From positions 96,001 to 160,000 of the forward strand of contig JBBRSP010000001.1 of assembly GCA_038245295.1 (NCBI GenBank): a stretch of DNA of 64,000 nt. The letters run 5' to 3'. Source of the DNA: Candidatus Binatia bacterium (GTDB lineage Bacteria; Desulfobacterota; Binatia; HRBIN30). This document shows, piece after piece, positions 40,636 through 50,162 of this stretch. Below the pieces are notes generated by a model. The model was given only the letters and a program-made list of their open reading frames with translations. It did not search any database and was not told the origin of the DNA. Both the position numbers and the translations under genes were made by a program. The number at the start of each line of letters is the position of its first letter. Position 1 is the first letter of the stretch.

Positions 40636-41316
40636 ATGAACAGAAAAGGGTTCGGCAAACCAACGAAAGAGCCCGACTTCGGGGTCGTTCACCGGCAGCA
40701 GGCTGCGTTGTTGGGGCAATTGCGCGCCGAGGAGGAACGGCGGATTGCGCGCGAGGCGATTGCGAGCGCATCGCACCTAAGGGACGAGGCGCTGTTAGAT
40801 GAACTGGTGGGCCTCGGCATCAACGCTGACACGTTGACCGCCCTTTCGCTTGTGCCTCTCGTCGAGATCGCCTGGGTCGACGGCACAATGGACGACAGCG
40901 AGCGTCGTACGATCCTCGCGGTGGCAAGAAGGGTTGGCCTCACCGAGCGCAGCACCGGCTACCGGTTGATCGAGGGCTGCTTGTCGGACAAACCGCCGTC
41001 ACATCTTCGGTCGCTGTGGGTTCACTACGTCGAGAGCCTGTGCTCCACACTCTCTGATGCGGAGAGGGAGACGTTTAGACTTGAGCTGTTGCAGCGAGCC
41101 CTCCGCGTGGCCGAAGCGGCAGGCGCGTTCACGACCCCAGGCTCCAACGTCTCATCCGAGGAACAGGCCCTCCTTGGCGAAATCGCTCGCGTGTTTGACG
41201 ATCGACCGACAAAGGTAGCGTTCGCGGGCGATGTCGCTCCGGTCCCCGGTGGCGGCGCGCAGGACCTTGCGCATCAATCCGCGACGCCGCGAAAAAAGTT
41301 CCTGCCGAGCGTGTAG
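40636..41316 (+). CDS. TerB-like fold hypothetical protein
   Basis: LVPLVEIAWVDGTMDDSER, RVAEAAG, VSSEEQALL. Confidence 0.6.
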   Translation: MNRKGFGKPTKEPDFGVVHRQQAALLGQLRAEEERRIAREAIASASHLRDEALLDELVGLGINADTLTALSLVPLVEIAWVDGTMDDSERRTILAVARRVGLTERSTGYRLIEGCLSDKPPSHLRSLWVHYVESLCSTLSDAERETFRLELLQRALRVAEAAGAFTTPGSNVSSEEQALLGEIARVFDDRPTKVAFAGDVAPVPGGGAQDLAHQSATPRKKFLPSV

Positions 41317-41693
41317 ACCAAGAGGCCGATCGGCCCGAGCATCAGGGTCAGGAACAAGACTGGCAAGAGCCGGTAGCCTCCTTTGGGCGCATCATTCATG
41401 ATCCAGCGTCCGACGAAGGAATCGAAACAGAGGTAGTGGATCCAGCCCGTCAGGGCGCCCCACGGGCTGTCGAATAGTCGCATTACGCCCGCGAGGCTGG
41501 AGAAATCACCGCCTGTCGGTCCGCCGGTGAGCGTAATCCCGAGCGCCACGAGATAGATCAAGGCCAATGCTTGCCAAGGCCACAACGCGTTGGCGAGCCA
41601 GCGCGCTACCGCGGAGCGCGGAGCGACCATCCAGATGGCCCAGATTGGTAGCGGGAGCAGGTTGGCGATTTGAAAGGCACTGGCAGCTGTCAT
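41274..41693 (-). CDS. ABA4-like/DUF4281 membrane protein
   Basis: FSSLAGV..LF, GWIHYLCFD.FVGRW, LTLMLGPIGLL. Confidence 0.85.
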   Translation of the reverse strand: MTAASAFQIANLLPLPIWAIWMVAPRSAVARWLANALWPWQALALIYLVALGITLTGGPTGGDFSSLAGVMRLFDSPWGALTGWIHYLCFDSFVGRWIMNDAPKGGYRLLPVLFLTLMLGPIGLLVYTLGRNFFRGVAD

Positions 41694-41845
41694 CGTGTCG
41701 ACCTCCCGGCTGTAGGCGCAGCGAACCAACCAAAGGACCCGCGACAAGTAAAGGGATCTTCTCAGAAGGACGATGTCCTGCGCCGCGACTTCCGACGTAT
41801 GGGAACGGAATGCTCGAAGAAACCCTGCCCATCGCCGAGAATCCG

Positions 41846-41861
41846 TGGCATAGGCGTTGCT
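41846..41861 (+). promoter_or_regulatory. Sigma54 (-24/-12) promoter upstream of korA
   Basis: TGGCAT-AGGCG-TTGCT with exact GG-N10-GC spacing, about 85 bp before korA. Confidence 0.65.
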
Positions 41862-41945
41862 GTTCTGTCTCGTAGGACCCCGCGAACGACAAGCGAGGCG
41901 TGAGCCCGCAGATTCGGTGCGTTCGCGGCGTGGGTGAGGAGTTCG

Positions 41946-43730
41946 ATGAGTGATCTCGTAATTGGCATGGCAGGAGCGGGAGGCGACGGCATTATTGCCG
42001 CCGGCGAATCTCTCACAGTTGGTGCAACCCTGGACGGCTATCACGTCATCATGACCAAGAGCTTCGGCTCGCAGATACGCGGTGGCGAGTCATCGTGCCG
42101 CGTCCGCGTGTCGGCGACGCCAATCTTCAATCAGGGTGGAGTGCTCGATGTCGCGGTCGCCCTGAACTGGAGCGACTTTCTCAAGTTCGGGGCCGAGCTC
42201 CCGGTCGGGCCGCGGACGATTGTTCTCTACGACAGCGAAAGCCACCTCGATCCGGCGGTCCTGCCGGTCGAGGGTTACTCGGAAGACCGTGCCTTCTCGG
42301 TGCCGATTACCGAGATGGCGCGCAAGAGCGGCGGCGGCGATCGTGTGAAGAACATGGTTGTCGTTGGCTTGCTCACAGGTTGGTTGCAGCTGGCCGAGGG
42401 GCCGACTCGTAAAGGTATCCGCAAGCGTTTTGGTGCGAAGGACCCCGCCGTCTTAGCGGCCGCCGAGAAGGCGTTCGACGATGGACGAGCCTACGCCGCG
42501 GCCAACCCGATTGCGGCGTTGCCGGGGCTCGGGGCGTCTGGTGGCGCAGCCGGCACGAATATGTTGACCGACGGCAACGAAATGTGTGCCTCGGCCGCTC
42601 TCTTCAGCGGCTGCACCTTCTTCGGTGGCTATCCGATTACGCCTTCCACCGAGATCATGCAGTTCCTCAGCCGCGAGATCTGGAAGTACGGCGGCTCGCT
42701 GCTGCAGGCGGAAGACGAAATCGCCGGCATCGGCGCGGCGGTTGGCGCGTCGTTCGCCGGGAAGAAATCGATGACCGCCACGTCGGGGCCGGGCCTCTCG
42801 TTGAAGACCGAAGTCCTCGGTCTTGCCTCGATCGCCGAGCTGCCGCTGGTCGTGGTGAATGTGCAGCGCGGCGGTCCGTCCACCGGCATGCCGACAAAAA
42901 CGGAGCAAGCCGATCTCTACCAATCCGTGTTCTCGTCGCATGGCGACGTCTTGCGGCCAGTGCTGGCTCCGACCAGTGTGGCCGACATCTTTGGGGTGAC
43001 GGTGCATGCCTTCAACATCGCCGAGGAGTATCAGACCCCGGTCATCCTGCTGTCCGATCAGGAAATCGCTCAGCGTAAAGAGTCGGTCGAACCTTTCGAC
43101 TTGTCGCAGTTCCCCATCGTCTCCCGGCGCGAGCCAACCGCGGAGGAGCTGGAACACTACCAGCGATTTCGCCTAACCGAATCATCGATCAGCCCGATCA
43201 GTCACCCCGGCATGGCCGGCGGCAGCTATCAGGGTGCCGGCATCGAGCACAATGAAGCGGGCTCGCCGACCGCCAGTGGTGTCATGCACGCCCGCATGAA
43301 CGAGAAACGCTTTCACAAGTTTGCGCCACTGTACGAGCGCCGTGACCTCTTCCTGATCGAGGGTGACCCGCAGGCGCCGCTGGCGTTGGTGAGTTGGGGC
43401 AGTACGGCCGGCGTCTGTCGTGAAGCGCTGCGTCTCGCTGAGGACGAAGGCTTGCCCGTGAAGCTTCTCGTGCCGTACCTGCTCTATCCGGTCGCGGAAA
43501 AAGTCTACCAGGAGTTCTTCCGCGGTGTCAGCGCCGGCCTGCTCGTCGAGCAGTCCTATCAAGGCCAGCTGTACCGTATTCTTCGCATGGTGCTGGATCT
43601 GCCGTCGGGTTTCGAGTCGTGTGCGCACAGCGGCGCGATTCCCTTCCAGCCGAGCGAGGTGGTCGACCACCTGCGAGGGCAGGCCGAAAAATTAGGGCTT
43701 CTGGAGCCTGCGGCAGCCGCCGCGTCGTAG
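41946..43730 (+). CDS. korA: 2-oxoacid:ferredoxin oxidoreductase alpha subunit (gamma-alpha fusion)
   Basis: GSQIRGGES, GYPITPSTE, QAEDEIA, TATSGPGLSLK, QRGGPSTGMPTKTEQAD; substrate not determinable. Confidence 0.9.
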   Translation: MSDLVIGMAGAGGDGIIAAGESLTVGATLDGYHVIMTKSFGSQIRGGESSCRVRVSATPIFNQGGVLDVAVALNWSDFLKFGAELPVGPRTIVLYDSESHLDPAVLPVEGYSEDRAFSVPITEMARKSGGGDRVKNMVVVGLLTGWLQLAEGPTRKGIRKRFGAKDPAVLAAAEKAFDDGRAYAAANPIAALPGLGASGGAAGTNMLTDGNEMCASAALFSGCTFFGGYPITPSTEIMQFLSREIWKYGGSLLQAEDEIAGIGAAVGASFAGKKSMTATSGPGLSLKTEVLGLASIAELPLVVVNVQRGGPSTGMPTKTEQADLYQSVFSSHGDVLRPVLAPTSVADIFGVTVHAFNIAEEYQTPVILLSDQEIAQRKESVEPFDLSQFPIVSRREPTAEELEHYQRFRLTESSISPISHPGMAGGSYQGAGIEHNEAGSPTASGVMHARMNEKRFHKFAPLYERRDLFLIEGDPQAPLALVSWGSTAGVCREALRLAEDEGLPVKLLVPYLLYPVAEKVYQEFFRGVSAGLLVEQSYQGQLYRILRMVLDLPSGFESCAHSGAIPFQPSEVVDHLRGQAEKLGLLEPAAAAAS

Positions 43731-43740
43731 TGAGGCAATC

Positions 43741-44628
43741 ATGACTACCAACGCATCCCAATGTTCGAGTTTTCAAATCAACGACTATCGCAGCGATCTG
43801 AAGCCGATCTGGTGTCCTGGTTGCGGCGACTACGGGGTTGTCACCTCGTTGTATCGCGCCCTGGCACACATCGGCCGCCCGCCGCATGAGATCGCTTTCG
43901 TCTCCGGCATCGGCTGCTCGAGCCGCATCCCCGGCTACACCACGGCTTACGGCTTCAACAGTGTCCACGGCCGCGCTCTGCCAATTGCCCAAGGCATCAA
44001 GCTCGCCAATCCCGAGCTGCTGGTGCTCGTCGCCGGCGGCGACGGTGACGGCTTCTCGATCGGCGGCGGTCATCTGCCGCACGCCGTACGACGCAACATG
44101 GATCTCACGTACGTCGTCATGGACAATCAGATCTACGGGCTGACCAAGGGGCAACTATCGCCGACCTCGCATCGTGGCGTGCACACGGTGACGTCGCCGG
44201 AAGGGAGCCTCGAGGAGCCCGTCAATCCTTTACTCTACGTCCTGGCCTATGGCGCGAACTTCGTGGCGCAAGGGACCCCCGCTGACATGCCGGGCTTGTC
44301 GGCGATGATCGAAGAAGCAATCCGTTATCCCGGATTTGCGTTCGTCAATGTGCAGTCTCCGTGCGTGACCTTCGGCCCACCCGAGCAGCAGCTGCGCGCC
44401 CACAAGGAAGGCATGAAGAGCCTGGTCTCACTGGGACATGACCCAACCAATCGTGTGCAAGCGATGAGTATGGCGCAAGCGTACGGACACGAGCTGTACA
44501 CCGGAGTCTTCTATCGCCACCCGGATCCGCCCCCATCGTACGAGAAGCTCGTTGCCGAGCGCCAGGATCACATGAAGGCAACCGCTGTACCTCGCGAACG
44601 CCTGCTCGATCGTTTCGTGCAGCACTGA
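43741..44628 (+). CDS. korB: 2-oxoacid:ferredoxin oxidoreductase beta subunit
   Basis: WCPGCGD, SGIGCSSR, HGRALP, GGDGDG TPP motif, YGLTKGQ.SPT. Confidence 0.92.
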   Translation: MTTNASQCSSFQINDYRSDLKPIWCPGCGDYGVVTSLYRALAHIGRPPHEIAFVSGIGCSSRIPGYTTAYGFNSVHGRALPIAQGIKLANPELLVLVAGGDGDGFSIGGGHLPHAVRRNMDLTYVVMDNQIYGLTKGQLSPTSHRGVHTVTSPEGSLEEPVNPLLYVLAYGANFVAQGTPADMPGLSAMIEEAIRYPGFAFVNVQSPCVTFGPPEQQLRAHKEGMKSLVSLGHDPTNRVQAMSMAQAYGHELYTGVFYRHPDPPPSYEKLVAERQDHMKATAVPRERLLDRFVQH

Positions 44629-44863
44629 TCTGCGTCATCTCGGTTGGTCGTGGGCGTTGGACTTCGGCGCCTAGTGACGCAGCAGTGCTGACGTCGGAGG
44701 CAGTTCGCTCAACTAGAATCCCTCACCGCTGCCTGCTTGTGCGTCGTGGACCGGCGACGGCACGCCCTTTGGATCTACCGGCCAGTCGGACGGCCGCGGC
44801 AGGGTGACGTGACCTGAACGTCGCCCGATCGGTCCGCTGGTTCGATGAAAGAGGGGAGCACGT

Positions 44864-46723
44864 GTGAGCGCGGCGAACGACGGTGGTCTGGTGTCACCAA
44901 TCCAAAGCTACCTGGACCGATTGCACGCCAAGTATGCCGATTTGAATGACGGCGCGGTGGCTACCTACATCCCGGAGTTGGCCAAAGCCGACCCCAGTTG
45001 GTTCGGCATCTGCATCGCGACCGCGGATGGCCATCTCTACGAGGCCGGTGATACCCGGCAACCGTTCACCATCCAGTCGATCTCCAAACCGTTCGTCTAC
45101 GGGCTAGGAATTGAGGATCGCGGGCGGGATGCGGTGCTGCGGAAGATCGGCGTCGAGCCGACGGGTGATGCGTTCAATTCGATCAGCCTTGCCCCGGGCA
45201 CGGGCTGCCCGCTCAATCCGATGATCAACGCGGGCGCGATTGCGGCGACCTCCCTGGTCGCCGGTGATTCGGCGCCCGATAAACTGTATCGCTTGCTGGC
45301 GGTGCTCGGTTTGTACGCCGGACGCCAGTTGTCGGTCGATCATCCCGTCTATGTTTCGGAGAAGGCAACTGGGCATCGCAATCGAGCCATCGGTCATATG
45401 TTACGCAATTTCGAGATCCTGACGGAAGATCCGGAGCCGGCGCTCGATCTGTATTTTCAGCAGTGTTCGATCTCGGTCGACTGTCGCGACCTGAGTCTGA
45501 TGGGCGCTACTCTTGCCAATGGCGGTGTTAATCCACGAACCGGCGAACGCGCCGTGCGCGACGATATCGTCGACAAGATGCTGAGCGTCATGACCACGTG
45601 TGGCATGTACGACTATGCCGGCGAGTGGGTCTACTGGGTGGGCATGCCGGCGAAGAGTGGCGTGGCGGGTGGGATCGTAGCCGTACTGCCTGGGCAGTTC
45701 GGCATCGGCGTATTCTCGCCGCGCCTCGACGCTCGCGGCAACAGCGTGCGCGGTGTGCAGGTGTGCAAGGATCTGTCGCACGACTTCAACCTGCACAGCC
45801 TGCGTGTACCGCCGACCCTTCATTCGGCGATCCGTGGGCAGTTCGACCTGACGGAGATCAGCTCGAAACATCAACGCAGCGATACCGAGCGCCGACGGCT
45901 CGACAAAGTCGGCAAACGGGCCCTCGTGTTTGCCCTCCAGGGGGAGCTTGGGTTCGCCTCTCTGGAGGGGGTGGTGCGGCGTTTGGTTGCGGCAAGCGAG
46001 AACATCGACTGCGCCATTCTGGACTGGCGGCGTGTTGTGTTGATCGACCCGTCGTGTACGACCTTATTGGTCGAGATCGCGCACAACATGGGCGCCGCGG
46101 GGAAGAGGCTGGCGTTCTCCAGCACCGGCGGACATACGAAGATCATCCGGCTGTTGCAGGAGCAGATCCTTACGTCACACTTCGCCAAGTTGTGGCGCGT
46201 CTTTCCCGATATCGATCACGCCATCGAATGGTGCGAGGACGTGTTGCTCGACAAGGCCGCCATGGTGCTAACCGTTGAGAAGGACGTTGCCCTCGCGGAA
46301 CATCAGATTTGCACCGGCATGTCACCCGATCGCGTTGCGCAGTTGGCACCGCTCCTGCAGCCGGAAGAATTTGTGCGCGGCGAATTGATCGTGCGCCGCG
46401 GCGAAGTCGCTGACAAGCTCTACTTGTTGATGCGCGGCGCCGTCAGCGTGGCAATCGCCCTGCCCAATGGAGAGCAGCGACGCTTGTCGACGATCGAAGC
46501 GGGGATGAGCTTCGGTGAGCTTGCCTTCGTTGACGGCTCGGTGCGCACCGCCGACGTCCGCGCCCAGAGAGCAACTCGTTGTTGCGTGTTGACGCGTGAC
46601 GCGTTTCTGCACCTGGGGACCTCTCATCCGGACATCAAAGTTGCCCTGTTGGAAAATCTCTTCCGCAATGCGGCGCGTATGGTGGGACGGCTCAACCAGG
46701 AAGTGACGACGCTGCACGAGTGA
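44864..46723 (+). CDS. glsA: Glutaminase fused to STAS and cyclic-nucleotide-binding domains
   Basis: YIPELAK, FTIQSISKPF, NPMINAGAI, GMYD, PAKSGVAGG; STAS-like middle; FGELAF..SVRTADV cNMP motif. Confidence 0.93.
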   Translation: MSAANDGGLVSPIQSYLDRLHAKYADLNDGAVATYIPELAKADPSWFGICIATADGHLYEAGDTRQPFTIQSISKPFVYGLGIEDRGRDAVLRKIGVEPTGDAFNSISLAPGTGCPLNPMINAGAIAATSLVAGDSAPDKLYRLLAVLGLYAGRQLSVDHPVYVSEKATGHRNRAIGHMLRNFEILTEDPEPALDLYFQQCSISVDCRDLSLMGATLANGGVNPRTGERAVRDDIVDKMLSVMTTCGMYDYAGEWVYWVGMPAKSGVAGGIVAVLPGQFGIGVFSPRLDARGNSVRGVQVCKDLSHDFNLHSLRVPPTLHSAIRGQFDLTEISSKHQRSDTERRRLDKVGKRALVFALQGELGFASLEGVVRRLVAASENIDCAILDWRRVVLIDPSCTTLLVEIAHNMGAAGKRLAFSSTGGHTKIIRLLQEQILTSHFAKLWRVFPDIDHAIEWCEDVLLDKAAMVLTVEKDVALAEHQICTGMSPDRVAQLAPLLQPEEFVRGELIVRRGEVADKLYLLMRGAVSVAIALPNGEQRRLSTIEAGMSFGELAFVDGSVRTADVRAQRATRCCVLTRDAFLHLGTSHPDIKVALLENLFRNAARMVGRLNQEVTTLHE

Positions 46724-46757
46724 TGCAACCGACGCGGCTCGCTTCGCGCCGCCTCTG

Positions 46758-47279
46758 TCAGCCGGCGACAAGGGCGTCGACGGCACTCCGCACGAAGGCC
46801 GCGGTGGCTGGGTCGGAGATGTTGCCCTCGGCGTCAAGGTAGTGACGCGTCAGGGCCAGGGATCGATTGAAGACAAGCTTGCCGCCCATCACCTCCAAGG
46901 TCGGCGTGAGTGCCGCGCGCGCATAGCCGGCGCCGCTCGCCGAGGCGGCGATGAGCGCGACGGGTTTGTCGGTGAGCTCGCCGCTGGAGACAATCCAATC
47001 GAGCCCATTCTTGAAGGCGCCCGGCACACCATGGGCGTACTCGGGACAACAGATTAGGACGGCATCCGCTGCGGCGAGCAAGCGCCGAAACTCGGCCACG
47101 GCGGATGGTGCGACGGTGCCGTCTTCATCAAGGTCGGGACTGAAGAGGGGGAGGGTACCGATCTGCTGATCGTAAAATGTAAACTGAACCCCAGCCGGCG
47201 CGAGCTTGGCGGCGGCGCGTAACAGTCGAGCGTTGGAGGATTCGGAGCGGATACTCCCTGACATCGCCAAGATTTGCAT
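46758..47279 (-). CDS. NADPH-dependent FMN reductase
   Basis: SGSIRSESSN, PEYAHGVPGAFKNGLDW, KPVALI. Confidence 0.92.
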   Translation of the reverse strand: MQILAMSGSIRSESSNARLLRAAAKLAPAGVQFTFYDQQIGTLPLFSPDLDEDGTVAPSAVAEFRRLLAAADAVLICCPEYAHGVPGAFKNGLDWIVSSGELTDKPVALIAASASGAGYARAALTPTLEVMGGKLVFNRSLALTRHYLDAEGNISDPATAAFVRSAVDALVAG

Positions 47280-47347
47280 GTTCGTGTTCACCGCCAACTA
47301 AAACAATTGAATCATGCACGTGTTGATCGCGCCACTCCGTGGTGCCG

Positions 47348-47887
47348 TCAGCGATTCCACGTTCGACGCGAAGTTGCCGGCCGGGGCGGCGAACGTCGCA
47401 GCGATGCAGCTTGGATGAGGACGCCGATTACCGCAATGCCGCCGAGTACCAGGGGTGCGACATTGACAGGCGCATGAATCGCTGTGGCGATCAGCGTCGC
47501 CCCAATTCCTGCCGACAACAAGATCAACGCCCAGTCGAAGACCAGCAGAACGAACCCAGCACCGACGACGCCGCCGACAAGAAAGGCGATGGGGGCGAAT
47601 CCTTGGGTGCCGGGCATCAGGCTGGCAGCAATCAACACGGCGACGCGCCCGCCGATCAGGAAGCCGGCAGTGGCCACCGCCGCCCACTCGAGGAAATAGG
47701 CGAATAACGCCCCCAATAATCCCGCCGCCAAGCCGATCAGCCAGAGCACTTCAGGCGGCTGCGCCGGGAACAGAAGCGGCGCGAAGTCCATCCCATAAAC
47801 GAAGCCGACAGCGGCGACGAAGATCCAAAAGAGGCGCCGCCCCATCGTCAGGATCAGCAGCCCGATCAACACTTGCACCCAGATCAT
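47348..47887 (-). CDS. DUF4203-like multi-pass membrane protein
   Basis: GRRLFWIFVAAVGF, six to seven Gly-rich TM helices, GVLIQ. Confidence 0.75.
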   Translation of the reverse strand: MIWVQVLIGLLILTMGRRLFWIFVAAVGFVYGMDFAPLLFPAQPPEVLWLIGLAAGLLGALFAYFLEWAAVATAGFLIGGRVAVLIAASLMPGTQGFAPIAFLVGGVVGAGFVLLVFDWALILLSAGIGATLIATAIHAPVNVAPLVLGGIAVIGVLIQAASLRRSPPRPATSRRTWNR

Positions 47888-47942
47888 CTCTGCTGTCCGT
47901 TCCTTTGGCAGACCAAGGCGTTTGGATTCCTGTGGCGGTCCC

Positions 47943-47995
47943 GCGCCTACCGCCTCCGGCGCTTCAGGGTGGTAGCCGCAGGCCTTTCAGCCTTC
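47943..47995. repeat. Degenerate GTAG-type REP doublet
   Basis: GCGCCTACC remnant and GGTAGCCGCAGGCCTTTCAGCCTTC, spacing similar to the 33.2-kb doublet. Confidence 0.55.
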
Positions 47996-48000
47996 CGCCC

Positions 48001-49344
48001 TCACGCGACGCTCAGGTTGCGCCGCGGCACTTCGTCGGTGAGCACGCTGGACGATTCTTCTTCACCTTCCTCTTGGATGCGCTCGACGCCGGCGTGAATC
48101 TTCTTGCGGGTCATGGTGATCCCGTAACTCTCGAGGATCTGCTTGAGCAGGTCGTAGTTGTGCTCGATCGACTTGGTGACCGAGATGTAGCCGTGGTTGG
48201 CGGCGGCGATACGTTGCCAATAGGCGAGGGCGCTGAGTTGGAAGAACTGGAAGTCGGATTCGTGTGGTTCGATGACGACGATGTCGCCGTGAAAGTTCGG
48301 ATCATCTTGGTACTGGCGTAGGCCGTACTGCAGTCGTGAGTGCAACAACGTCCGGAACACCTGGTTGATCACCGTGAGAATGCCGTGGTCGGCGAGTGGC
48401 TTGCCCTCGAAACGCACCTTGCCGTTCTTTTCGACGCGGCGAATGCGATTAGAAAACGGCCGGAACGGATTGTAACAAATGATCAGGTCGGCGCCGTGTT
48501 CGACGGCGACGTCGAGGTTCGCCGTGCGCCGCACGCCGCCGTCGACATAATCGATGCCGCGCAGGCGCGCCGGCTTGTAGAAGCCCGGTAGCGCCGTGGA
48601 GGCTTGGACCGCCTCGGAAATCGTCAGCGAGTTGTCTTCGTCGTGACCGAATACAGCGCGCTCGGCCGTGTCGAGATTCATGGCGCTGATGTAAAGCTCG
48701 CGTTTTGTGCGCCGGTACATGCGCAGGAAGTCATTGGGCACTCCGGCGGCTTCGAAGTTCTTGCGCAAATAGGTCTCGATACTGGAGTTGTCGAAGAGGC
48801 CGGCCGGTAGAAAGTCGAGCGGTGATGGAAGAGTGCGGACCTTGCCGATCGCCTCGCCAATCGGCTCGAGGATGGCGCGCAGGTGATTTACCGTTGGTCG
48901 CTGCCAGGCTTGTTCCACCGGCCCTTGCAGCGTCGACGCCAGCTGCGGGACCTCGCGCAGTATGTCGCCGATGACGCCGGGCAGGAAGTTGATCGTCTCC
49001 ATCGCATAGCGAGCCGGCCCGCTGAGGTAGTCGCGCAGATTCAGCGAATAGAAATCGGAACTTTGGAGTTGAGAGAACTGCGTTGATTCTCCGGCCAGGC
49101 TCTTCACCATCTCCGCCGGGGTGACACCGGCCGCCAACGGCGCGGCAAGGACGGCGCCGGCGCTGAGGCCAACGTAGGTGTCGAATTCCGTCGTCTTGCG
49201 ATTTACCAGCAGGTCGTCGAGGGCCTTGAGGCCACCCAATTTGAAACCGCCACCGGTGACGGCGCCGCCGGCAAGCACAAGTGCAATCTTCGCGTCGCGC
49301 TTGCGGACGCTCAAATCGCTCTTCTGAACGATGGTGATGCCCAT
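48001..49344 (-). CDS. Patatin-like phospholipase
   Basis: LAGGAVTGG, GLSAG nucleophile elbow, ASTALPG, YVDGG. Confidence 0.92.
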   Translation of the reverse strand: MGITIVQKSDLSVRKRDAKIALVLAGGAVTGGGFKLGGLKALDDLLVNRKTTEFDTYVGLSAGAVLAAPLAAGVTPAEMVKSLAGESTQFSQLQSSDFYSLNLRDYLSGPARYAMETINFLPGVIGDILREVPQLASTLQGPVEQAWQRPTVNHLRAILEPIGEAIGKVRTLPSPLDFLPAGLFDNSSIETYLRKNFEAAGVPNDFLRMYRRTKRELYISAMNLDTAERAVFGHDEDNSLTISEAVQASTALPGFYKPARLRGIDYVDGGVRRTANLDVAVEHGADLIICYNPFRPFSNRIRRVEKNGKVRFEGKPLADHGILTVINQVFRTLLHSRLQYGLRQYQDDPNFHGDIVVIEPHESDFQFFQLSALAYWQRIAAANHGYISVTKSIEHNYDLLKQILESYGITMTRKKIHAGVERIQEEGEEESSSVLTDEVPRRNLSVA

Positions 49345-49385
49345 GTCGCTCCTAACTCGATCAATGTAGCAACGATGACTACGCC

Positions 49386-49413
49386 ATTACAGTTGAATGA
49401 CGCAGCTTGTCAA
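49386..49413 (-). promoter_or_regulatory. Putative sigma70 promoter of the patatin gene
   Basis: TTGACA-N16-TGTAAT on the minus strand. Confidence 0.45.
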
Positions 49414-49475
49414 CGTGAATCGGCAGCGACACTGCCTCAAATGGTCGACGGTTCGGAGAGTTGAGAGGGCAGGCG

Positions 49476-50087
49476 TCACTTCCCCGGATTCGGCACGACG
49501 TCGCCGCGATCCTTCTCAAAGCGCGGCGATACCTTGGAGTAGAACTCGCGAAACACGGCGAAGTCGGCGTTGATGTCGCCTGTCGTCACAAAGGCCGGTC
49601 CGAGTCCGGCGATCTTGCGCCCGTAATCCAGGTACCCGAGGACGGTCGGCACACCGGCGCCGTGGGCGATGTGATAGAAGCCTGTCTTCCAATACGGCGA
49701 GTGTTTGCGTGTGCCTTCGGGGGGGACGGCGAGAATGAATTCCTGGCGCTCGTTGAACTGCTCGATTGCCGCACCCACCATGTTGGTGCGCTTGCTACGG
49801 TCGATCGGTACCCCGCCGAAGGCGCGGATCAGAATACCGAGAGGGAAGAAAAATGCTTCTTTCTTGACGTACCAGGCGATCTTCATTCGGAAGATCTGCG
49901 CCGCAACGACCATGAGGATTCCGTCCCAATTCGAGGTGTGCGGAGCGGCGATCACAACAAACTTGCGTTGCGCGGGGAGGCCGCCTTCGGTCTTCCAGCC
50001 AGCGAGGCGAAACAGGAGCTTCGCCGTCGCCGTCAGGAAGGGGCTGACGTAAAAAGGACTACTCTTCGACTCAGACATGGGCGCCAC
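49476..50087 (-). CDS. Lysophospholipid/glycerol acyltransferase (PlsC family)
   Basis: APHTSNWD, GGVPIDR, PEGTR, WKTGFYHIA. Confidence 0.93.
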   Translation of the reverse strand: MAPMSESKSSPFYVSPFLTATAKLLFRLAGWKTEGGLPAQRKFVVIAAPHTSNWDGILMVVAAQIFRMKIAWYVKKEAFFFPLGILIRAFGGVPIDRSKRTNMVGAAIEQFNERQEFILAVPPEGTRKHSPYWKTGFYHIAHGAGVPTVLGYLDYGRKIAGLGPAFVTTGDINADFAVFREFYSKVSPRFEKDRGDVVPNPGK

Positions 50088-50132
50088 TTAGCCGATGTGC
50101 CGACCACGGGATAGATCCCCGGAACGCTTCGC

Positions 50133-50162
50133 GGCTTAGGCTCAGGCTTGGGCTTAGGCTTG
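50133..50162. repeat. Five-copy hexamer tandem repeat
   Basis: GGCTTA GGCTCA GGCTTG GGCTTA GGCTTG spanning the murU stop. Confidence 0.65.

Noticed and set aside
44758..44773. Second sigma54 promoter before glsA (CGGCACGCCCTTTGGA)
   Set aside because: The conserved -12 GC reads GG; too weak to call.
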